Positions 40,783 through 48,747 of a stretch of 64,000 nt of DNA are shown piece after piece; position 1 is the stretch's first letter; the number at the start of each line of letters is the position of its first letter. Both the position numbers and the translations under genes were made by a program. The notes below the pieces were generated by a model. The model was not told where the DNA came from. It worked only from the letters and a program-made list of their open reading frames with translations, and made no database searches. This DNA is from a virus. The stretch is from IMG/VR virus record IMGVR_UViG_3300045988_052724, positions 96,001 to 160,000 of that record. One strand, 5' to 3'.

Positions 40783-41977
40783 AAGGTCTTATTTTAAAAT
40801 TTACTGGGAATGAATATCTGGTTAGAGAGTAGAATAGATTCCTACTCTTACTCTCAAAGTAATAGGATTTATTATTGTATACAAGGTTAACTCTAGAACA
40901 CTTACTATAGCCAACTATATCTACAATATGAATGTACTTGTTATAAAATCTTGAAATATTAGATTTCTTCCCATCCCAATTAGAGAATCTCAAACCTGTA
41001 TCTCTTTGAATCTTCCTTAGTAGATTCTTAGAATTACAAAACTTTAGCCAACCAAAATATGATTGCATTCTCCTTCTTAATTCTTGTTTATCAATCTTGC
41101 CTGATTGATACCTTCTAATAAGCTTGAATAATCTAATCTTAATTGACTTCCTTAATAATACATGGGTATGATAGAACCTATAACCTACAAAGTCTACACC
41201 TCTATCATCTACTGGGAATATTTGGTAATTTGATTTTAACCTTAAATTTAGAACCTCCTTTAAGTACATCTTAATTGCTATAAGTATGTTTCTCAAGAAG
41301 TTCTTATCACTGCTGAGAATTACAATATCATCAGCATACCTGAAATAGAATTTACACTTTAACTCCTCCTTGACCCAATGGTCAAAGTAAGCTAAATATA
41401 GATTAGCAAAGAACTGAGATAAGTAATTACCTATAGGAACCCCATCGGCTGAATAGATAATCCCAATAAGTAATGTTAGAAGATATTTGTCCTTTATCTT
41501 CTTTTTAATTATATCACATAATATATCGTGGTTTACAGATGGGTAAAACTTCCTAACATCCATCTTCAAACAATATATAGTTTCTTCTGGATGTTCAATT
41601 AATGCAGTCTTTAAGTCATGAGCTACATTATGAATACCTCTATTCTTAATACAAGAGTAAGTCTGCTTAATAAATATTTTAGTCCAAATAGGTTCCATCA
41701 CGTTCATTATAGCGTGATGTGTTATTCTATCTGGATAGTATGGTAGTCTAAATATCAACCTTTCTTTAGGTTCATATACTTTAAAGGTACTATATTCAGA
41801 GGTTTCATATACCAAGTCCCTTAGCTGCTCAGATAACCTCTCATTCTCATTTTGTCTATTTCTATCGTGCTTAACGATTCCCCATCTAATTGATTTATTC
41901 TTTCTAGCCTTATCATCAGCTATTTCGATATTCTCTATATCATAAACCTGTTCATGTAAATAACCTATACGTTTCAA
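40721..41977 (-). CDS. DGR-type reverse transcriptase (418 aa), TTG start
   Basis: RT motifs are present: KERLIFRLPYYPDRITHHAI, then IGNYLSQFFANLYL (the DGR-characteristic I/LGxxxSQ), then FRYADDIVILS (YxDD). The only start available after the upstream in-frame TAA is the TTG at 41977-41975. The gene is adjacent to the TR. Confidence 0.85.
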   Translation of the reverse strand: MKRIGYLHEQVYDIENIEIADDKARKNKSIRWGIVKHDRNRQNENERLSEQLRDLVYETSEYSTFKVYEPKERLIFRLPYYPDRITHHAIMNVMEPIWTKIFIKQTYSCIKNRGIHNVAHDLKTALIEHPEETIYCLKMDVRKFYPSVNHDILCDIIKKKIKDKYLLTLLIGIIYSADGVPIGNYLSQFFANLYLAYFDHWVKEELKCKFYFRYADDIVILSSDKNFLRNILIAIKMYLKEVLNLRLKSNYQIFPVDDRGVDFVGYRFYHTHVLLRKSIKIRLFKLIRRYQSGKIDKQELRRRMQSYFGWLKFCNSKNLLRKIQRDTGLRFSNWDGKKSNISRFYNKYIHIVDIVGYSKCSRVNLVYNNKSYYFESKSRNLFYSLTRYSFPVNFKIRPYVRTKKNRNGCAARLNREIR

Positions 41978-42122
41978 GTCTTATATATTTATTATGGAAG
42001 CGTTCGAGACTTAACCTACTAACACCCAGTTATTAAATACTACGTTGTCTTTTGCCAAGAGGCAAGGGTACTATTTAGACTGTAAAATGAAACCAAATTA
42101 CCTAAATAAAGAAATATATAAT

Positions 42123-42224
42123 AAGCCTACATTGGAATTGACATTGCTGACTCCATTGTTAGAATTGAAGTTACTAAGACTGGCATTACTACCATTATTA
42201 GCGTTGCTGCTAACGATGAGTGTT
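42123..42224 (-). repeat. DGR template repeat (TR)
   Basis: A 102-nt match to 42333-42434. All 17 differences lie at TR adenines on the coding strand. The TR sits between the target stop and the RT. Confidence 0.9.
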
Positions 42225-42304
42225 TGTAGTAATTTGAATTAATCAGCACCAACAGAAGTGTAGGTAAATAGCACCCCTAATCTCGTATTTTATCTGTTTA
42301 TGTA

Positions 42305-44245
42305 TTATTGAGTTATTCTGTTTAATGTTCTGAAGCCCACATTGGAACCGACATTGCCGACCCCATTGTTAGAATGGAAGTGACTAAGACCGGCATCACC
42401 ACCATTAGAAGCGCCGCCGCCAACGATGAGAGTTCTTAAAGATGTACTAGCAGCATTGCACCAATGATAGTCACACATATAAGTAGTAGCTGAACCACCG
42501 ACTACTGAAGGTATAATTTCACCCTTACTTCCAAGGTCAAAATCCTTTGTATATCCATCAGACACTATTTCTTTACCTGCAACAGTCATTTTACCTTTAG
42601 CAGTATTATCATCTCCAAATGCACTCGGATTAGATGTAGTATACACACTACTTGGTTGATTAGCTGCTGTTCTTTCTAAGATAATACCATCTAGGTTTGT
42701 CCAAATGTCTCCGAATGGATTGTCAAATCCCCTCCACCTTGGAACTTTAAATGTCTTAGTGGGGACTGTTGCAGATTCATTCACTATGGTCTCTGGAATA
42801 ACTAACTCCTTAATTCCAGTGAAGTTACCAATATCATTACAATATCCGCATGGTGTTATTGGATAAGTCCCATTATATCCAGACCACCCATTAGCATTGT
42901 TGTTCCAATCAGTAATTCCGGGACCAAGTCCTCCTTGATGATAACCATCAGCTGTTAACTCAGCGTTATAAGTAGCTTGTGAATTAAATGTTGCATATTC
43001 AATAACCCAAGCCCAGTAGAATATCCACTTGTAATATTCATAGCATAGCATTTCTGAACCAGCATTAGTGGCATAAGTTCTCATGTTTGCTCTTGAAATA
43101 TTAGTTCTTGGTTTACCTAAGTCACTTCTAAATTTATCAGATGATAGATATGTATCGTTAGCTGTTCTATTACCACCACCTCTAAATTGAGCTGTAGTGT
43201 TAACTACTGATACAGCCTTATTACCAGTCTGGTTCACCGTACTCCTATAGGCATCTAACAGCATTTCTGGAATCTCTACCCATGTATCATCACATTTAAC
43301 TGTAGAAATTCTAACCCATCTCTTATTACCTTCAACTCCAGACTTACCATAGAATTTGGGAATGTGTACTCTTACAGTACCATCAGTCCCATCAAGGACA
43401 GAAGGGGTTCCATCAGCTTTCTTAGACCAATCGTTAGGGTCTAAATAATAATTAACTTTAGCACCATTAGCTACACAACCCTTATATTGAGATTGCACTG
43501 GTAATGACTTATGTAGCAATGGATTACCAATTCTAGTTAATGTGGGGTCTGCTACTGTAGAATCCCATTCAACTCCATAGGAGTAAATATCTTCCAATCC
43601 AGTTAAATCAATACCAGGCTCTACATCTTTCCATTCTCCAGTACCATCGCCACTGTTGACTAACACCTGCCCTACTGTACCACCAGCAGGTAGATGTTTA
43701 TTTCCAGCTGTAGTTGGATGGGTATAGTTATTAGCATTGGCAGCAATACCTTGCAATTTATTCTTCTCACTTGTTGTATAATCATTGGTAGATAATTGCT
43801 TACCATCAACCTTATCAACCTTTAGAGCAAGTGCACTAGTAGTTCTACCTTCTACTCCTTCAATTGCTTCATTAACCTCGGCCTTAGTATAATAATCTTT
43901 TAAGTTTACGTCTACGTGTTTATTTCCTAAGAACTCCCAGCCAGTCTTTTGTTCTGTAATAAGATAAATATATTCATCATATACATCATTTGTTCTTGAG
44001 CTTTCGTTAGGAATTAGGTAGATTTTATTTACATCTCCCTTTGCAGGTAATTCAGTAACAACTACTGTCTTACCGCCAGCATTATTAATTGCTTCTATAA
44101 CCCATGCCTCTGTTGCTAACCCTTCTTTGATTTTAGAAATAGTAGCTGACTTATTACTTCCGTTCTGTACTATAGGAACTAACTCATCTCCAGCAAGGGT
44201 GTTAGTAGCATCCATTTGAGATATTTTTACTCCTGTTGCTGCCAT
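42305..44245 (-). CDS. DGR target: tail fibre/receptor-binding protein (646 aa) with a variable C-terminus
   Basis: The N-terminus has a fibre-type pattern. It carries the shared module VDKVDGKQLSTNDYTTSEKNKLQGI. The C-terminus ends …NVGFRTLNRITQ and contains the VR. Confidence 0.85.
   Translation of the reverse strand: MAATGVKISQMDATNTLAGDELVPIVQNGSNKSATISKIKEGLATEAWVIEAINNAGGKTVVVTELPAKGDVNKIYLIPNESSRTNDVYDEYIYLITEQKTGWEFLGNKHVDVNLKDYYTKAEVNEAIEGVEGRTTSALALKVDKVDGKQLSTNDYTTSEKNKLQGIAANANNYTHPTTAGNKHLPAGGTVGQVLVNSGDGTGEWKDVEPGIDLTGLEDIYSYGVEWDSTVADPTLTRIGNPLLHKSLPVQSQYKGCVANGAKVNYYLDPNDWSKKADGTPSVLDGTDGTVRVHIPKFYGKSGVEGNKRWVRISTVKCDDTWVEIPEMLLDAYRSTVNQTGNKAVSVVNTTAQFRGGGNRTANDTYLSSDKFRSDLGKPRTNISRANMRTYATNAGSEMLCYEYYKWIFYWAWVIEYATFNSQATYNAELTADGYHQGGLGPGITDWNNNANGWSGYNGTYPITPCGYCNDIGNFTGIKELVIPETIVNESATVPTKTFKVPRWRGFDNPFGDIWTNLDGIILERTAANQPSSVYTTSNPSAFGDDNTAKGKMTVAGKEIVSDGYTKDFDLGSKGEIIPSVVGGSATTYMCDYHWCNAASTSLRTLIVGGGASNGGDAGLSHFHSNNGVGNVGSNVGFRTLNRITQ
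42333..42434 (-). repeat. DGR variable repeat (VR)
   Basis: It lies within the last ~43 codons of the target and encodes LIVGGGASNGGDAGLSHFHSNNGVGNVGSNVG. The TR-encoded version is LIVSSNANNGSNASLSNFNSNNGVSNVNSNVG. Confidence 0.9.
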
Positions 44246-44442
44246 GTTTCACTATTTAATATTTCATTTAATTCTACACTGTCGTATGGGTAGAATATAA
44301 TCTCTTCATCATTATTAATAACTGGTTTAATGAAATCTTCATGTAGAATTACTTCTGAGCTATCTAAGCTCCTTCTTGCGTGGATGGGAGGAACAATCCC
44401 ATGTTCCATACACCATTCTATTGTTACTATAACGTATCTCAT
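44227..44442 (-). CDS. Hypothetical small protein (71 aa)
   Basis: Track ORF overlapping both neighbours by a few nt. Confidence 0.5.
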   Translation of the reverse strand: MRYVIVTIEWCMEHGIVPPIHARRSLDSSEVILHEDFIKPVINNDEEIIFYPYDSVELNEILNSETWQQQE

Positions 44443-45977
44443 TGTGTTATTATATTTTTAAGTACATAATCAATCAAATCCTGTTCGGTGAATCCGTCAG
44501 TTTCCTTGGTAGGAACTGAATCGAATAAGATAGATTTATAAAACGCCATAGAGCCAAATCTAGTCTTATTGTTGCTATCCGACAAGAATAATGACATATT
44601 TGTACCAGTTTGTCCATAAGTACCTGCTAGAGTTGCCTTCTCTTCACCTACATAGCAAGTCATTAATTCATTATTTGCCGAGAGAACATAACTGATTTTA
44701 TCCTCTACACTAGGCGTAAACTTAAAGTCTGTATAAACGTAGTTACCGAACTTTACAGAATTTGCACTTCGTCCTTGCAATAACATCCATCCTCGATTAC
44801 TTGTCGCTATTGAAGTTGTCGAGAACATACCTTTAAGAGCGGTAGGTCTTATGATAGCACATTGGAAGAACATCATGTAATTTTGCAGTGATTTAAAGTT
44901 CTCCACAACACCGTAATCATCCGCTCCATCAGTTACTAGTGAGTTGGGATATTTAGGCAGGAACTCTATTGTTACGTCCATATCTCCTATATCCCCTGTA
45001 ACTCCTATGGCGTTATACAATGAAGTGGTTCCTTCGGGATAGGTTAATGTCACCTCATGTTCTCCGTTGTCAAAAGTATAAAATCCGCCATTTCTGTTTA
45101 CCAAACTAACTTGTCTGCCATCAGAAAGACCTGTAACCTTAAACTTATGCGTTGGGTTAGAGTTTGCCGGAACTATGTTTACCATGTTATCCGTAGTGGA
45201 TAGTTTTTTAGTAATATGAATAATTCTGTTATCTGTAACAGTAACATTTGCTCTATCGGGTAGAATATTGGTGCTAGAAATGTCATACCCTCCCACACCG
45301 CTCATTGCAGCGAACAGGAAATTGTTAAGTTTCAATCGTCTGTTGTTTCCACTGAAATCCTGCAAATAAGGATTAGCTTTTAGTATTTCGTTTGTGGGAA
45401 CGGATTGTCCTGACGGGAGCTGGGTAATGGTGATATTACAAGCACCGACTATGTTTATACTCCTAAAACCTATATTTCCTGTTACACTATTAATAGGTTC
45501 TAGTGTATAAGTTCCATTTTTAGGCATCCTTACCAATGGATCGTTATTATATCCCCATGCTATTTCTTGACCGTCCAATAATCCATCTACCGTAATCGTT
45601 ATGCCATTAAACTTTTTAGATTTGGCGATATATATAGACGCATTATTTACGGCATCAAAATTTGTTATATTGACGCTCTTATTTGTCACGGTATATTTTG
45701 CTCCTGTGAATTTCGTCCAATCATTAAAGTTTTCCGCATAAACATCCACAGGCTTTGACATATCATACCAAAACACCATGTGTTCTTTCACCCAGGTAGC
45801 GATTTCATCTTCTGTAACATATTTATCTAATAATATATGCTTACCTCTTTCAGTAAGTACAGCGATTTCATCTTCTGTAATTATATAGTAATCGTTAGGC
45901 CCAATTGGTTGCCCTCCGCCATCACCAATCTGCCTAACTCTACCTATATAATTACCAATACCTACAAATATTCCCAT
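44439..45977 (-). CDS. Hypothetical structural protein (512 aa)
   Basis: Track ORF in the operon. Confidence 0.6.
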   Translation of the reverse strand: MGIFVGIGNYIGRVRQIGDGGGQPIGPNDYYIITEDEIAVLTERGKHILLDKYVTEDEIATWVKEHMVFWYDMSKPVDVYAENFNDWTKFTGAKYTVTNKSVNITNFDAVNNASIYIAKSKKFNGITITVDGLLDGQEIAWGYNNDPLVRMPKNGTYTLEPINSVTGNIGFRSINIVGACNITITQLPSGQSVPTNEILKANPYLQDFSGNNRRLKLNNFLFAAMSGVGGYDISSTNILPDRANVTVTDNRIIHITKKLSTTDNMVNIVPANSNPTHKFKVTGLSDGRQVSLVNRNGGFYTFDNGEHEVTLTYPEGTTSLYNAIGVTGDIGDMDVTIEFLPKYPNSLVTDGADDYGVVENFKSLQNYMMFFQCAIIRPTALKGMFSTTSIATSNRGWMLLQGRSANSVKFGNYVYTDFKFTPSVEDKISYVLSANNELMTCYVGEEKATLAGTYGQTGTNMSLFLSDSNNKTRFGSMAFYKSILFDSVPTKETDGFTEQDLIDYVLKNIITQ

Positions 45978-45978
45978 A

Positions 45979-46242
45979 TTAATTACCTACTTGTAATGTA
46001 TTCTCAGGTACGGCCTTAATCCCTATAACTAACTCAGGGTTCCATCCAGGATAGAACACGGTAGATATATACTGACCCTCTGCATCTTTTAATAACACCT
46101 CTACAGTTACATTATCTTCAGTAATATTCTTAACAAGAACTGCATTACTTCCATAAGGCAACTCAAAGTTACCTGCGGGCAGTAGAGATAATCTACTTAC
46201 TTGTAGGGAGGTTGGTCTTTCATTCTGATTGAGATTTATCAT
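45979..46242 (-). CDS. Hypothetical small structural protein (87 aa)
   Basis: Track ORF directly after the portal candidate. Confidence 0.5.
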   Translation of the reverse strand: MINLNQNERPTSLQVSRLSLLPAGNFELPYGSNAVLVKNITEDNVTVEVLLKDAEGQYISTVFYPGWNPELVIGIKAVPENTLQVGN

Positions 46243-46244
46243 TT

Positions 46245-48467
46245 CTATGCGTTTTTAACTTCGTTATTCATTTGGTTACCATCGAATAATTGAGCATATT
46301 CAATGTCTGTTCTCTTAGTATCGTTCTCAGCATCACTCTGAGATTTGTCTCTTTGAGTCCTAGCATTATACCAGTTAATATCAGCCTCATTCTGAACCTT
46401 CTGTCTCTCAATGTCCAACTTAGCCTCATTAAGACTTTCAATCTTGCCTTGAGCTTGTTGTAGTTGTTGTTGTAACTTCTGATTCTCTTGCTGTAATTGT
46501 TCAAGCTGTTGTTGCATTTGACCTACCTCATTCATCTCCTTCTTCTTCTTAGCAAAGGCTTTGGTAACCTTAGCCTTAAGTTCAGTAAGACTTCTAGCAG
46601 TTAAAGCATCAACAATCATATCTGGGTCTAATTGACCACTCTTTATAAGCTCAATAATGATTTGCTGAACATTCTGCATCTCCTTCATAATCTGAGTACT
46701 CGGCACAATATGCACATCGTAATCAGTATGAGTAAAATGCTCTGGTAGTGCGGTAAATACTTTCTGTAGTTTATCTCCAAGAATTAGAGTTCCAGTTAAT
46801 CCTTTCTTCCACACTATCTTAGCTATATCAAGACAATCTCTAAGAATGTCTATTGATAATGTATCCATAGTCTGATAGAATGGTTTAGTAATAGTATATG
46901 AGTTTCTAGCTCCAGCCTCTACATTACTAACTGCATCCTTTTGCTGAATACCATTAAGTCTTTCTCTAAATACACCAGTGATAGATGATGTTTGGTCTTC
47001 CACTCTTTGTAGTGCTAAATCAAAGGCTTGAATAGTCTGCACTTTAATAGTATCAGTAAATCCAGCAAATGAAGTATTGTTATTAAATGCCCTACCTTCC
47101 TGACTGGTATCTACTAAAGCTACTCCAGTCTTTTTAAATGCAATCCATTTCTGTATTCTTTCAGTAAGGTCATCACCTAATATTGTTGGAAGCATAGATA
47201 AGTCTAGCCAATCACCATCAGTACCACTATTAGCTAAGATATTATCTCTAAAGTAAGTAATTAAGTCATACTTATCCTGTAGGTGAGCACATTGTAATAC
47301 TAAAGACTGTGGAACATTGTCTCTATTAACCAGATATATACCATTAACAGATAATCCACACTTAGTAGGGGCATCCTTAGTTCTAATTACATTCTCTGAT
47401 TTACCAGTAAGAACATATATAGACTGTCCTATCCTAACTCCCTCGTACCTATTCTGAACGTATTCATTACCTTCTTTGTCTATGTCAATCCATTCTGTTT
47501 CATAAACAGGTAATAGCTTATAGTTAAATGACTCATAAGTATCAGCAGGAAATCCTGGGACAATACCTTTACCTGCATCTAATCCAGCACCCTCACCTTC
47601 CATAATAGGTCTACATCCTACTTGGTTCTCCATAGCTCTAATATACATATAGGAACTATCAGAGTAATGCTCATACATATCTTCTAATTCAGCTCTACTC
47701 TCATCATTTAGGTCTTTACCATACTCAATAAGAATTTGCTGTTTAGTCATCCATTTCCTAATTACGACCCTATAACTATCCTTTACATAAGGAGATTCAG
47801 GGTTCCTATCAACAAATGTATTTAAGGGATTAAGAACATCAATACTAATATTAGTTCCACTAGCTGATGGTTTAACCTTATAGAATGAGCATCCAGTAAC
47901 AAGTAAGTCTAATAGTAATGCCTTTAGCTTATTAGCCAAGTCAGTGTTCCTTGATTGAATTACGTACTCAATAACATTCTGGGCAGCTATTTCGTAGTCA
48001 CTAATAAAGTTATTATTAATATCCTCAATTAGCTTCTCTATGTCGGCCTCAACTGAAGCATCACTAACATTACCTCCTCCTATAAAGGCTAGAATCTGAT
48101 TGTTCAAATGCCTCTGTAAGAATGTATAGACTTGCTGGCTTATTTCTAACTCCTTCTGCCTAGTAATCTTGGAGATTGTTTCCTTATCTTTACAAGATAC
48201 CTTTGGAAGAATTGGAATGTCTAAATACTCTCCAATTAAAGCATCAACGTGTTTCTTTATAAGGGGAGTGAACTCAATAGAAGTAGGATTACCTATTCCA
48301 AAGTTTTCTTCAAGATACCTAAATTGTTCGGCGTCTCTCTTACCGTTATAATAGTTGTATGCCTTCTGTAACTTCCATTTGTTGAAGACTAACTCATTTA
48401 CAGCTTTGTCAATCTTCTCTATCAAATAATCATCACTTCTTTGCTTTGCACTCATCTTCGTAATCAT
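46245..48467 (-). CDS. Portal protein candidate (740 aa)
   Basis: The size, the position next to the large terminase and the Q-rich coiled-coil C-terminus fit a portal. No diagnostic motif could be verified by eye. Confidence 0.6.
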   Translation of the reverse strand: MITKMSAKQRSDDYLIEKIDKAVNELVFNKWKLQKAYNYYNGKRDAEQFRYLEENFGIGNPTSIEFTPLIKKHVDALIGEYLDIPILPKVSCKDKETISKITRQKELEISQQVYTFLQRHLNNQILAFIGGGNVSDASVEADIEKLIEDINNNFISDYEIAAQNVIEYVIQSRNTDLANKLKALLLDLLVTGCSFYKVKPSASGTNISIDVLNPLNTFVDRNPESPYVKDSYRVVIRKWMTKQQILIEYGKDLNDESRAELEDMYEHYSDSSYMYIRAMENQVGCRPIMEGEGAGLDAGKGIVPGFPADTYESFNYKLLPVYETEWIDIDKEGNEYVQNRYEGVRIGQSIYVLTGKSENVIRTKDAPTKCGLSVNGIYLVNRDNVPQSLVLQCAHLQDKYDLITYFRDNILANSGTDGDWLDLSMLPTILGDDLTERIQKWIAFKKTGVALVDTSQEGRAFNNNTSFAGFTDTIKVQTIQAFDLALQRVEDQTSSITGVFRERLNGIQQKDAVSNVEAGARNSYTITKPFYQTMDTLSIDILRDCLDIAKIVWKKGLTGTLILGDKLQKVFTALPEHFTHTDYDVHIVPSTQIMKEMQNVQQIIIELIKSGQLDPDMIVDALTARSLTELKAKVTKAFAKKKKEMNEVGQMQQQLEQLQQENQKLQQQLQQAQGKIESLNEAKLDIERQKVQNEADINWYNARTQRDKSQSDAENDTKRTDIEYAQLFDGNQMNNEVKNA

Positions 48468-48747
48468 ATAATTGTATAGCAGTGAAGTACTTAGTTCTCA
48501 CTAAGCTTCTCTCCCTTAATTCTTTCTCAATAAACTTTATAAACTCCTCAGCCGTACCATCACATGCAATGGACAATGGCTTCTCATCTTTATTAAGTCC
48601 AAGGTCCATTCTGTATCCCACGTGCTCAGATTCTTCGCCTGGAAATTTATAAGTGGTTTCATAAACCTTTAGGACTCCTTGATATTCTACGCAATATAAA
48701 GATTTAATTAAATCTCGGATTGCTTGTTCGATGTCCTGTGTCGTCAT
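48433..48747 (-). CDS. Hypothetical protein (104 aa) between terminase and portal
   Basis: Track ORF overlapping both neighbours. Confidence 0.5.
   Translation of the reverse strand: MTTQDIEQAIRDLIKSLYCVEYQGVLKVYETTYKFPGEESEHVGYRMDLGLNKDEKPLSIACDGTAEEFIKFIEKELRERSLVRTKYFTAIQLYDYEDECKAKK

Noticed and set aside
42045-42242. Plus-strand 65-aa track ORF between the fibre gene and the RT
   Set aside because: It coincides with the DGR template repeat and spacer on the opposite strand. Its Leu-rich sequence is simply the antisense reading of AAY-rich TR codons. It is treated as noncoding TR RNA.
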